Below, piece after piece: positions 32,410-42,327 of a stretch of DNA of 64,000 nt. Position numbers and translations under genes: made by a program. The notes under the pieces were generated by a model. The model saw only the letters and a list, made by a program, of their open reading frames with translations. It was not told the origin of the DNA and made no database searches. This DNA comes from Gammaproteobacteria bacterium (GTDB lineage: Bacteria; Pseudomonadota; Gammaproteobacteria; JBCCGL01), in NCBI GenBank assembly GCA_965277715.1, contig OZ255836.1, forward strand, positions 448,001 to 512,000. The letters run 5' to 3'. The stretch's first letter is position 1; every line of letters begins with the position of its first letter.

Positions 32410-33262
32410 TACTGGTGGGGGTAGGAAGCGGAAAAGGATTAGCAGGCGTATTGTCGGCAAAATGCCAGCCTCCCGAAAAATTTGTGTTCAGATCATCTAA
32501 GGCACGAAACACAAAATTGTGTTTAAAAGGAGCAAACTCTGGATGTGCGTTTAGCCGCGTTTTAACGCTGGCTAGCACGCTGGCTTGATGGTGTACCGAA
32601 CAGATAATGGGGTGGCCTGCATAACCAAACTGCTGTTGAACCACGCCACTTTTGATGACTTCACAATACCGATTCAGTTGCTCGGTGACGGCTTTGCTTT
32701 GGGTCGAGCGATGAATCTCTACCAAGTACACCGCTGTCTGACCTGTATTCAAGCCAACGGCAAATACTCCATCAGGAATGACCGTATTAATTAAACTGGA
32801 CACCACCAGCTCTGTGGCTGATTTGCCGCGCCCTTGGCCAGCGTTTCCATGGCGGATAAAATCTTGCAGTTCCAGTAACACCTCAGCATCGCCTCGCTGT
32901 TCTGTCCATTGCCTCAAACCAATCTGAAAGTCCACCTGTGCAAAGCGGTGACGGGCAAAAAGCGCGGAAAATGGCTGTTTTTTGTTTGAAGGTACAGGTT
33001 CGCTTTCTATCCGCTCGATTTCCTGCAAAATACTGCGTCCCCTGTTGGTCAAATGGTGAACGTCCGGCAAAAACGAACCTATTTTTTCTGAATGAATGTA
33101 CTTGTGGTGTCGGAGAGCGAACAAGGTTTTATCGCGTAATGACTTCGCATTCTTAGAAATACCTAATTGCAGCATTTGCTCTACGGTTAGAAACCGATAC
33201 AGGTGCAAGGCTTGCATTACGCGCCACTGTTGGGGACTCACAACCGAAAAAGCCGTAGTCAT
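32396..33262 (-). CDS. Replication-relaxation (Replic_Relax / MOBC-like) protein 1
   Basis: N-terminal wHTH (YRFLTVEQM...HHLTNRG) and PD-(D/E)xK-like PDGVF...YLVEIHRST; directly downstream of a coupling protein. Confidence 0.75.
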   Translation of the reverse strand: MTTAFSVVSPQQWRVMQALHLYRFLTVEQMLQLGISKNAKSLRDKTLFALRHHKYIHSEKIGSFLPDVHHLTNRGRSILQEIERIESEPVPSNKKQPFSALFARHRFAQVDFQIGLRQWTEQRGDAEVLLELQDFIRHGNAGQGRGKSATELVVSSLINTVIPDGVFAVGLNTGQTAVYLVEIHRSTQSKAVTEQLNRYCEVIKSGVVQQQFGYAGHPIICSVHHQASVLASVKTRLNAHPEFAPFKHNFVFRALDDLNTNFSGGWHFADNTPANPFPLPTPTSNESK

Positions 33263-33275
33263 AAGAAAAATACAA

Positions 33276-34988
33276 TTAGAAAAAGTACGGCGTCCAATCC
33301 GTTTCAGAATGGAGTTTTTGCTCGCTATCACTTTGGGGGGAGGGTTTGCGATAGTAATCTTTGACCTGCTGTCGCGTCACTTTTCCCCACTCTTTGGGTG
33401 TCATAGCGAATCGGCGACCGATAAAACGAAGGCGCTGGCGAACGGTGGGCTTATCACCAACCACTCGAAAAAAAGATAAATTAGGTAGGGTACGAATCTG
33501 TGCCGTCCCTAAATCGGTTTCCTTCGCTAGTTTTTCGGCGGTGGTGTGACGCGAAGCCCCCACCCAAATAGTACCAACGTTGCCTAAAATGGCGTCTTGC
33601 AAATCGGGATCAAGCCGTTCGACCCGCTGGGTGGCCAACGTGGCATAAAGCCCAAACTTTCGGCTTTCGCCCAATATGTCGGCAATGGTCGGACTAACGA
33701 AATACTGGCATTCATCCACAAATAAATGAATCGGCTGCCGCTTGTAAGGCGTCCGTCCCAGCACATGGCTCAAAATGGCGGCATTGAGTAACTGACCAAT
33801 AGCGCGGATAGTGTCGGCACTTTGTTTTGACGGGTCAAAACACACCACTAACACCTTGCCAGAATCCAACACTTTTCCCAGATCAAAACTGCTTCTATGA
33901 CAGGTAAAGCGTCGCACAAAGGGATCACGCACCACATCAGTCAAGCGAGCCACTAAAGCTTGTTTGGTGGCGCGGTAGTGCGACTTGGCAAAGGTGGCGA
34001 TAAAGAACTGTCGGTCAATAATATTAGGCAAGTTCTCTTTTCCGTAGCGCACCAGATCAACATTTTGCTCGTCTTGCAGCAAGCGCACCAAATCCACCAA
34101 GGTCATATCGGGTTTGTGAAGCATGACCCCCAAACACGCTCGCATCAGTGTTCTCTGGATCGGCGTAAATGACTGGCCGATGATTTGTTCTATAGCACCG
34201 GAAAACTGCAACTGGGCGCGATTAAGTTTTTGCTCGGTGGGATGGGCTAAATCGAACGGGTTGAGGTGCACATGCTGGCCAGCAATGCCATTAAAGTTGA
34301 GATAGACCAACCGGTTATTTTTACGGTTTACCCGATCACGCACGATAGATCGGGCTAAGTCTCCGTGTGGATCAAGCACTACCAAAGATGGTTTTTTGTT
34401 CCACACCAAATAATGACGGATGAGGTTGTGCAGTAATACAGATTTACCCACACCTGTGCGCCCGACGATAAAGGTGTGTAGCCTCCGAAGATGTTCATTG
34501 ACGAAAAACCAGATAGGTAACATGGCTCCAAGTAACTGGCCGAACCAAAGCAGGATACGAAAAAAACCAGTGGTAATAAGCCACCAAATACTGTCAAAAC
34601 ATAGCGTCATTAATCGCACCGATAAGGCGTGTCGATAGAAAAAATTTCTAACGTGTTTGGGGTCTTGTTTTTGTCTTTGCATGGCTTCCAGAATAACGGA
34701 GGAACACACGACTTGTGAAACATTACGACTAGCGTTAACCCCTTTGAAATGGGAGTGTAGGGCGTTTTGAAAGGGGTATCGATTGAGACTTGCAAAGTGG
34801 TTTTTCAGGTGGTTTAGAAAGTGGTTACAAGAGAGATTTTTAACGGTGGTGTAAAGTATGTTTTGATATACGTATTCGAGGTAGCCCCGATGCCTTGCAA
34901 AAACCGTTTGCCAAAGCAAAAAAGTTCCCCATTCTCGGTGTAAAAATATCTGAATCAGTAGATAGGGGGATAAAAAAATCGATGCCAT
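33276..34988 (-). CDS. VirD4/TraD-like type IV coupling ATPase 1
   Basis: HTFIVGRTGVGKS, LDPHGDL, LFVDECQ, ESRKFG...ATQ, ILGNVG; N-terminal hydrophobic segment. Confidence 0.85.
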   Translation of the reverse strand: MASIFLSPYLLIQIFLHREWGTFLLWQTVFARHRGYLEYVYQNILYTTVKNLSCNHFLNHLKNHFASLNRYPFQNALHSHFKGVNASRNVSQVVCSSVILEAMQRQKQDPKHVRNFFYRHALSVRLMTLCFDSIWWLITTGFFRILLWFGQLLGAMLPIWFFVNEHLRRLHTFIVGRTGVGKSVLLHNLIRHYLVWNKKPSLVVLDPHGDLARSIVRDRVNRKNNRLVYLNFNGIAGQHVHLNPFDLAHPTEQKLNRAQLQFSGAIEQIIGQSFTPIQRTLMRACLGVMLHKPDMTLVDLVRLLQDEQNVDLVRYGKENLPNIIDRQFFIATFAKSHYRATKQALVARLTDVVRDPFVRRFTCHRSSFDLGKVLDSGKVLVVCFDPSKQSADTIRAIGQLLNAAILSHVLGRTPYKRQPIHLFVDECQYFVSPTIADILGESRKFGLYATLATQRVERLDPDLQDAILGNVGTIWVGASRHTTAEKLAKETDLGTAQIRTLPNLSFFRVVGDKPTVRQRLRFIGRRFAMTPKEWGKVTRQQVKDYYRKPSPQSDSEQKLHSETDWTPYFF

Positions 34989-35253
34989 AAAAGAATTAAA
35001 AAATAAAATATGTCAGTAGTTTATGATAAAAATTGGTAGAGACTGAGCTTTGGGTATGACGTAAGAAGCCAGATTTTATTGACAGCCGATTTTAACGTAA
35101 ATCTCAGGTAACAAGGCCACTTCCTTATTTAAAATTAATAAAACAACAGTAAGTACATACTGATTCACCGCAAATAATGAAAATTTGATGAAGTTGTGGT
35201 ATCACATCGAAGTGTAATTTCGTTAAAGTGCTGGCTCTTAACCCTTTTCACTT

Positions 35254-35703
35254 ATGGACGATACCGAATTGCAATACTGGTATAAATATCAAACGCAGCT
35301 AGATCAAAACGGTTATGACGAGCTAGCCTCGCGGGTAGAGTTAATCACCAAGGTAGCAGCACCGGCGGCGACCGAAATAGAAAAAACAATCCGCATCTGT
35401 ACGCTTAACGATGTCTTACGGATTACCGGTATTGGCGGCGAAATTTATATGACTACAGGCATACAAGCTCTTTCTGAAAATACCCAAAATAGTGTCCTGC
35501 TTGCTATCCGTACATTTGTCGATTTTAACAACGACAATGACCCCTACAAAAAGCATGATTGCGCGATCCTTCAGTCAACAAATCCCCGTTCAATGTTCAA
35601 GATTGATTATTACGACAAGACCAAGACCTATGGATCAGAAGCACCGGAAAACCCAAGTGTCACGAGCCGCGTAATGACGATGATGACACCAGGCGAGTAT
35701 TAA
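35254..35703 (+). CDS. DUF3768-like protein
   Basis: LND.LR...MTTGI...FNNDNDPY..HD...FKIDYYD...RVMTMMTPGEY. Confidence 0.75.
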   Translation: MDDTELQYWYKYQTQLDQNGYDELASRVELITKVAAPAATEIEKTIRICTLNDVLRITGIGGEIYMTTGIQALSENTQNSVLLAIRTFVDFNNDNDPYKKHDCAILQSTNPRSMFKIDYYDKTKTYGSEAPENPSVTSRVMTMMTPGEY

Positions 35704-36188
35704 ACAGGCGAAAAAAGCATCATTTTTTTAATTTTTCCTGTGATTCTTTGTAGCGCCGTCTGCTCAACTCAACTGTTTTCAGGTGTAGCCGCAAATGGGT
35801 TGGTGCTGGCTTGAAACTGTTCCTGTTTTCTCTATTTGGTCGTTTTTTGGCACTCCCGTCGACTTTTTCGCCGATATCTTGCTCTGTTCACTATTACTAT
35901 AGTACAAAATATAAAAAAAACATGGGTTTTTTATCATATATGATATGCATACCTCTAAATGATAATAGACAAATTCATGCATAATACAGTCGTTTTAAGG
36001 TATGAATATTGATATAAAAGACAGTTCTGGAAACTGGGAGAATGTTTGTGTTTAGATTTTTTCGACTTGGATTTTTAGTAATTAAGTATTGACTTTGATA
36101 CCCGCAGTACATGGGCTTTACGTCTTAACCTTCCTAATCTACTGGTGGAAGGTGTTGTGCAATATAAAAATAAGAGATTGAATTGTGA

Positions 36189-36569
36189 TTAAAGGCATTG
36201 GTTTGATAATAAAGAAGTTTTTCTGCGCATTTTTTCTATTAGTAATACTCGTTGCAGGGCTTGCGCCACTTCGTGCGGAGTGAAGTATTGGCCGAGGGAT
36301 TTTCGACCGTAGTTGGTGGCTAAGGCTTGGTATGTTTCGCCCAGAATATCGGCAAACGGTTGGGCTATTATTTGCTGGGCGTAAAGCCTTCCTAACTCGA
36401 ATAGGTGCGTGTTGGTAGGTTCGTCCCACGGGGTGTTTAGTTTGTGGCTAAAACTGGCCATGTTGTCGTCTAAAAAGTGCTCAAACCACTGCGTGGCGGT
36501 TTTGCCTTGGTGGTTATGCGATTTGATGATTTCGGTGGTCAGGGACTCGGTGGGGCTGGTTTTTGCCAT
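36189..36569 (-). pseudogene. Truncated N-6 DNA methylase (N-terminal part only)
   Basis: DILGETYQ...GQYFTPHEVA, then similarity is lost; no DPxCGSG or NPPF motifs. Confidence 0.7.
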
Positions 36570-37261
36570 TGGCTCCCACGGTAGAGAGTGGGGCTAAAAA
36601 GGCAAATTTACAACCGAGACACAAAATCCATGTTCCCGCACAAAATGGCAATAACTGAGACAGTCAATGTGTGATCGTGAACCTGATTTGGTGTCGATAG
36701 CGCCGTATAATATGGCCAGCTTAGCTTGATTTTTCAGTTGTAAGCCCATATTAAGTCTCTCTAGTAAACGAACTGTGTTTAATTGAAGAACAATAAACAC
36801 AAACATTGCTTTTTTGTAATATATTAGAAAAATTCTTATATATCAAATAGATAATGATTCTCGGTGATTTGTAGGTTGCTTTTGGCCAATTTGTGCAAAA
36901 AAGCTAATATTTACAGAAGGTTATATCTTTTCTGTGCAAGAGTTTTATTTGAATTTTGACGTTTGTGAAGGTTGCGTGAGTGATAATTGCTAGACAACTG
37001 CATGGCGGCTTCTATAATTATCTCTCAAGCGGGTTCAAAAGCCTGCTTATCGGTGGGAGCGCTTTTTGCTACCTTGTTGAAGCCAGTTCCCAGACAAGCA
37101 GCCTATCCAGGCATTCCATGGTATCTTCATCTTATGCTAAAGATATGCCCAAATTGGTCGATATCTAAGGAGCCTCTTATGCTTTTTGGCAGTTCTATTT
37201 GCAAACTTCTCTCAGTGAGTAAACTGAGAGTGTCTCAATTAATTACTAATTTCTTAACACG

Positions 37262-38011
37262 ATGGAAAATGAATTTAACAAGCAAAAGGAGCCAGATGTG
37301 AACAATTTCACCATACTTGATCATATCATAGTAGATAGAATAGATCGTTTAAAACCAAATCCAAAGTACAGAAAATTTGTGGCTAGGATTGAAGACGCAA
37401 GAAATAATGATGAAAATATCAATATTCAAATATCTGATGTAGAAAACCATTTGATATATAAGTTATTTGCCTTTCAAGAGCTAATAAAAAACGCTAAAGA
37501 AAATATAAATATATTTAGTCGGAATTTACCCTCTCAAATATATGATAACCCTCATATACTTTATCATCTCTCTGAATGGTTAAAAGCTGGTGAAGATAGA
37601 AAAATAAAAGTGCTGCTTAAAGAATCAGTTGATTTGAAGGGAAGATCTATTGGCGCTATTTTGTGTTCAGAATATTTTAAAGATAGAATTTCAATAGAAG
37701 TATCTAACCTTCGAGAAATTGACCAGTGCTATCGTAGCTGTGTTCTTTTTGATGATAATGCCTTTATGGCTGGTGAAGCGAATCCGTCAGGTGATATTGA
37801 AATTGCTATTTTTAATTTTCATGACAAGAAGGCTGTCAACTCTTTAAGTCGAGTTTACAATGCAGCTTATAATTTATCTAAGGAAACGAATCCGATTCAA
37901 AGCGAAGAAAATATAGTTGAGAGTAAGATTAATGAAATAATCCACTCGTCAGATCCTGTATCTATACCTCCTTATTTTGTTGCCCATAATATATATCAAC
38001 CGCATGGATAG
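37262..38011 (+). CDS. Hypothetical protein (AT-rich cargo)
   Basis: 249-aa ORF with GGAG upstream; INIFSRNL...IKVLL suggests a non-catalytic PLD-like alpha/beta fold. Confidence 0.6.
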   Translation: MENEFNKQKEPDVNNFTILDHIIVDRIDRLKPNPKYRKFVARIEDARNNDENINIQISDVENHLIYKLFAFQELIKNAKENINIFSRNLPSQIYDNPHILYHLSEWLKAGEDRKIKVLLKESVDLKGRSIGAILCSEYFKDRISIEVSNLREIDQCYRSCVLFDDNAFMAGEANPSGDIEIAIFNFHDKKAVNSLSRVYNAAYNLSKETNPIQSEENIVESKINEIIHSSDPVSIPPYFVAHNIYQPHG

Positions 38012-38120
38012 AATTAAGTATTAGAAGTTGAATGAGTAATATTTTAGTTTATATCTATAATAGTCGTTTTGGTCAACCTTGTAAGCATAATATTCTACAA
38101 TAAAGTAAATAAAGGGCGGA

Positions 38121-38669
38121 ATGACAGATATAATTCCTTTAGCGAGTCTGATACTGGGGGTTGTTGGTGCAGTAGGTGTTTTTGCTTTTTTGCAGAGCTG
38201 TAGAGATATTCCTATTGTGGTAACAAAAAAGATAATTGATGGATATGGACTGCAAGAAAAAATATACAAGAAAAAATATTATGCTGCCTTAGCCGATGGA
38301 TTATCTGAGGGAGTATATGTTAGTGGGAGAGGTATTGACAAAAAAGGATCCGATTCTGATTTATTAAGGTTTCACAACAAAAAGTATTTTGAAGACTATA
38401 TAAACTCTGTGAAAAGAGCCCTTCGTCTAACTGCTTTTATATGTTTTTTTACTTCATTTGGTGTGTTGCTTATAGCGAGTATAGTGTTGTTGCCTTTTAA
38501 AATATCGACCAGTCCAATTTTCCTTCAATTTAAATTGGTTTTTATTTTTACTATGCTAACTGTTTTTTTCTTTCAGTCAATTGAAGCTATTTTTCTAAGG
38601 CCGAAGCGTCAAGGGAAAGCGATGATTGAACGCATAAAAGATGAGATAAACAAAGTAGAGGGCATGTGA
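38121..38669 (+). CDS. Hypothetical membrane protein (3 TM)
   Basis: 182-aa ORF with one N-terminal and two C-terminal hydrophobic segments. Confidence 0.6.
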   Translation: MTDIIPLASLILGVVGAVGVFAFLQSCRDIPIVVTKKIIDGYGLQEKIYKKKYYAALADGLSEGVYVSGRGIDKKGSDSDLLRFHNKKYFEDYINSVKRALRLTAFICFFTSFGVLLIASIVLLPFKISTSPIFLQFKLVFIFTMLTVFFFQSIEAIFLRPKRQGKAMIERIKDEINKVEGM

Positions 38670-38750
38670 TAAAGATATCAAAAGAACATCGTCCCTAAGA
38701 AGCTGAGCTATGGCTTACCCTGTGCTCAATATATATAGAATAACAAGCAA

Positions 38751-38848
38751 GTAGTTGTGGCAAGCACCGCTTTCATCAGACTATTAAAGCTAACTCTTTA
38801 ATCAGTCGTTCCATTCTTTTGGCACACTCTTTCAAATTTGAGTCATAT
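38751..38848. repeat. Direct repeat copy 1 (61 bp identical, ~100 bp similar) of 40327-40424
   Basis: GTAGTTGTGGCAAGCACCGCTTTCATCAGACTATTAAAGCTAACTCTTTAATCAGTCGTTC at 38751 and 40327. Confidence 0.92.
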
Positions 38849-39137
38849 CTAAGGCGGTGGTAACTTTGGTGGCCAGTATGCCAATCGCTATTTTATCGCT
38901 TAGTTGAATTCTGTTCATTTCATCTTGGATTTGATCGAATCGGCTTTGCACCAAATTGGCTTATTTTTCCAGATTCATCATTCGTTCTTGCAAGCTCTCG
39001 GTTGAACGTCGCATAGCTCTCTGTTCTTCCCGAATTTTGAAAAATTGCCGATTGGTATAGGTTTTGAAACCCTTGGATTCTTCCTTGAAGGATTTGAGTA
39101 ATTCGTAGAGTTGTTCGTTGGTAATCTTTTTGTCCAT
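38832..39137 (-). pseudogene. Third, stop-interrupted paralog of the 41660/42023 coiled-coil genes
   Basis: MDKKITNEQLYELLKSFK...TNRQF...LEK*ANL...GILATKVTTA. Shares upstream AAATTTGACGAA with the 41660 gene. Confidence 0.7.
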
Positions 39138-39385
39138 CAGAAGTAGGTTATACCTGTCCTTAATTTCTGATAATTTTTACGTTTTCGTCAAATTTTGCTA
39201 CATTGCAGGGTCAATTTTACGTTTTGTAGAAGGTGAGGATTTGTAGTTTTTAGAAAAGATTAAGCTTTTTATAAAAAAAGACTATATCTTTTTTAATTTA
39301 GGAAAAATAGTTGTTTTTTAAAATTTATTATTTAAAAAAAAATTTTCTCTAGATTTAAATATGAATTTAATTACCTTTCTATTTA

Positions 39386-40165
39386 ATGACTCATCTTTTA
39401 CGAAACTCAAAGAAACTTTTATTATTAATTCTATTTTCTTCATTTTTCGCTACCAGTGCTTTTTCACACTCTGGAAGAACTAACTCATCAGGTTGTCATA
39501 ACAACAATAAAACTGGTGGATATCACTGTCATAATAGTGGTTCAAGTTCTAGCACTTCCTCTAGTAGTTTATATAATTCATACAAGCCGTCATCAACATA
39601 TAGCTTTAAGCCTGCTCAAATTTCCAGTTCTGATGTTTGGGTTAATGGTTATTACAGATCAAATGGAACTTACGTAAACGGACATTATAGATCTAAGCCA
39701 GATGGTGTATTTTCAAATAATTGGTCTACGTTCGGTAATGTTAACCTTTATACAGGTAAATTAGGAACTAAAGTGGCTCCTAGTACTAATTCAAGATATA
39801 ACTACAATAGATCTTCTTCAAAAACAAACTCTATCTCTACATACTCTAACGTAGATAAGTCATTGCCTATAGTTAACACTGTAAAAAAACCTCAAAAAAA
39901 ATTGCACACTCCCAGATCCCACAAGAGGCCAACTTTAATATCAGCTAACCGAAATAGAAAAAATTCATCGGTAAAAGCCGTTCAGTCGACCAATTGGGAA
40001 GATTTTATCAGTTCAAGAAAAGCTATTTGTAGAAATAATGGTATTAGCATTTTAGCCTCTATTTATTATGAAAAAATAATGTTAGATGAATCAGTCATTA
40101 ACTCAATTCCAGCCAGAATAAAGCCTGAAGTTGCTAAATGTTTAGATTTTCTTCAGGACTTATAA
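39386..40165 (+). CDS. Secreted YHYH-domain protein
   Basis: Signal peptide then HSGRTNSSGCHN...GYHCH; also WVNGYYRSNGTYVNGHYRS..D....NNWST.GNVN.YTG. Confidence 0.82.
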   Translation: MTHLLRNSKKLLLLILFSSFFATSAFSHSGRTNSSGCHNNNKTGGYHCHNSGSSSSTSSSSLYNSYKPSSTYSFKPAQISSSDVWVNGYYRSNGTYVNGHYRSKPDGVFSNNWSTFGNVNLYTGKLGTKVAPSTNSRYNYNRSSSKTNSISTYSNVDKSLPIVNTVKKPQKKLHTPRSHKRPTLISANRNRKNSSVKAVQSTNWEDFISSRKAICRNNGISILASIYYEKIMLDESVINSIPARIKPEVAKCLDFLQDL

Positions 40166-40326
40166 TTTCTATGGAAGAAAAATAATTTACCTTTACTGAA
40201 AAAAAGTAATTTTCTGATAGATTAATTTTTAATAAATTTAAAAATAGTTAGATACAAATACCTATAATAAAAAATTCATTACTTGGTCTTTTTTGTCGGT
40301 TTTGGGCGGATTGCTATTCGTTGTAT

Positions 40327-40424
40327 GTAGTTGTGGCAAGCACCGCTTTCATCAGACTATTAAAGCTAACTCTTTAATCAGTCGTTCTGCAATTTCGACG
40401 CACTCTTTCAATTTTGGGTCATAC
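40327..40424. repeat. Direct repeat copy 2; overlaps the 3' end of the 40352-40630 gene
   Basis: Matches copy 1 at an offset of 1576 bp. Confidence 0.92.
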
Positions 40425-40630
40425 TCAAAACGGTTTTTTATTTCTGTCAGCAGTTCGCTGGCTTTTTTTTGCACTTGTTCGTGGCTCCACTCTGTGCCAG
40501 TATTTTTGCTTAATCTCATGGCTTCACCGGCTAGATCACAGTGATCTAATCCGTAGTTATTGACCGAGAGAACTACCAGTTTGATGCCTAAATTTTGAGC
40601 CAATTGATAAGCGATTTTTGATTGTTGCAT
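40352..40630 (-). CDS. Small hypothetical protein
   Basis: 92-aa helical ORF. Its C-terminal coding sequence is conserved at the amino-acid level in the duplicated copy (YDSNLKEC..vs YDPKLKEC..). Confidence 0.55.
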   Translation of the reverse strand: MQQSKIAYQLAQNLGIKLVVLSVNNYGLDHCDLAGEAMRLSKNTGTEWSHEQVQKKASELLTEIKNRFEYDPKLKECVEIAERLIKELALIV

Positions 40631-40831
40631 GGAAAATTTGTTAAAGTTGCACTCCAAACATACTTGCTTTTTTGAAAAGCGAACCTAAAAAGCCCTTGTT
40701 TCTTAACGTAATTTTCATCTTTCCTCATACTATCCCCAATACTAAGCGCGTTAGCAGCCTCAGCGTAATTGAATAAAACTAATATAATACGTTCGCTTTT
40801 CAAATAAGCGCACTGATAGCTCCTAAACTCC

Positions 40832-41605
40832 ATGAAAAACGTGACGAGCCACAATGGTGGTGCTCAGATACAAAGTCAGTCAACGCCCTTGAACACCAAA
40901 AGAAAAAAGAAACGCGGTGGTGGCTGGAACAAAGGCAAAGCGCAAGGACAGAAAAGACCTTTCGAGCCCACAGAAACAGACATTTTATCCGAAATGTTCA
41001 TCAACGAGGAAAATTGGCACGATCTGGCTTTGCTATCCCTTGGCACCGACAGTTTTTTTCGGTCTGTCGATCTGCTTTCTTTGCGTTGCATCGATGTGTG
41101 CTATTCAACTGGGCAAGTCAAAGAGGTGTTACCCAAACAGCAAAAGAAAACATCGGGAGTGGTTTACCCTCCTTTAACCCCAGTAACACAAGCCAATTTG
41201 CAACACTGGATAGATGTTTCTGGCAAAAAATCAGCGGATTTTTTGTTCACTGGCACCAAGAAAAAGTCAAAAGGTCTGACACAACCTATTACCAGATACC
41301 ACTTGAGCCGCAAGGTAAAGACATGGGCGGAGTGGTTGGGGTATCCACCAGACGATTATGCTTCTCATTCATTGAGGCGTACCAAAGCCGCTTTGATGTA
41401 CAAAAAAGGCGAACCAATCGAGCATATATCGGAACTACTCGGTCACAAATCGACCAAGGTAACCCTGCGGTATTTAGGTATCACGCTGGAAGAAATCCAC
41501 GCTTCGGCGTTGCGGCATACCATGACCCGATCCTTCGACAGCCGCAAAACAGGCCGAACAAAACAGGAAATCCGGCGAGAATTTTTGACCAAGAAAAAGA
41601 AATAA
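40832..41605 (+). CDS. Tyrosine recombinase (catalytic domain only, plasmid/resolvase-like)
   Basis: WNKGK..GQKRPF, SFFRSVDL, SHSLRRTKA, LLGHKSTKVTLRYLG. Confidence 0.88.
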   Translation: MKNVTSHNGGAQIQSQSTPLNTKRKKKRGGGWNKGKAQGQKRPFEPTETDILSEMFINEENWHDLALLSLGTDSFFRSVDLLSLRCIDVCYSTGQVKEVLPKQQKKTSGVVYPPLTPVTQANLQHWIDVSGKKSADFLFTGTKKKSKGLTQPITRYHLSRKVKTWAEWLGYPPDDYASHSLRRTKAALMYKKGEPIEHISELLGHKSTKVTLRYLGITLEEIHASALRHTMTRSFDSRKTGRTKQEIRREFLTKKKK

Positions 41606-41659
41606 ATTTGACGAACTGTTTATTTTGGGTAGATATTAAAGATACAAAACCCTTTATTT

Positions 41660-42010
41660 TTGATGACGGCTCAAATTACCAACGACCAACTCAACCAAAA
41701 AATCGATCACCTCGACCAGAAATTAGGTCAATTATACGAATTGATGAAGGATTTCAAAGCCGACACCAATCGGCAATTCGACCGAATCGATACACGAATG
41801 GGTCGTATCGAGGAGGATGTGCGAGTGCTCGACCAGCGAACGCAGCGCCTCGAACAACAAACCAATCAAACCCAAAACGAGTTGGCTCAAGTCACGGCCA
41901 AAATCGGCCAAATACACGTTTCTTGGAACCACAAACTTGTAGGTGGTGTATTGGCTACCAGCGTGACCGCTTCGGCTTTGGTGGTTTTGTTAATTCATCA
42001 TGCTTTGTAA
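41660..42010 (+). CDS. Small coiled-coil protein with C-terminal TM helix (paralog 1)
   Basis: Heptad repeats and C-terminal LVGGVLATSVTASALVVLLI; TTGACG promoter-like motif upstream. Confidence 0.75.
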   Translation: MMTAQITNDQLNQKIDHLDQKLGQLYELMKDFKADTNRQFDRIDTRMGRIEEDVRVLDQRTQRLEQQTNQTQNELAQVTAKIGQIHVSWNHKLVGGVLATSVTASALVVLLIHHAL

Positions 42011-42022
42011 CTCTCTTTTACA

Positions 42023-42307
42023 ATGATGACCCAAGTTACCAACGACCAACTTTACGAACTCCTCAAGGAGTTCAAAGCCGATATGAATCAATTCAAAACC
42101 GAGATGTACCAGTTCAAATCGGATACGCAGAGAGGCTTGTCTCAGCTCGATTTCGACCTGCGAGCACTCGACCAGCGAACGCAACGCCTCGAAACCAAAG
42201 TCGATGGTATTCACGTTTCTTGGAACCACAAACTCGTGGGCAGTGTACTAGCTACCAGCGTGACCGCTTCGGCTTTGGTGGCTTTATTAATGCAACATGT
42301 TTCTTAA
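42023..42307 (+). CDS. Small coiled-coil protein with C-terminal TM helix (paralog 2)
   Basis: Tandem paralog sharing LDQRTQRLE and IHVSWNHKLVG.VLATSVTASALV. Confidence 0.75.
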   Translation: MMTQVTNDQLYELLKEFKADMNQFKTEMYQFKSDTQRGLSQLDFDLRALDQRTQRLETKVDGIHVSWNHKLVGSVLATSVTASALVALLMQHVS

Positions 42308-42327
42308 ACTTTTTAACCTTTTTAAAA

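Noticed and set aside
38751-40424. DGR template/variable repeat pair
   Set aside because: Mismatches are not adenine-specific and no reverse transcriptase is present in the window.
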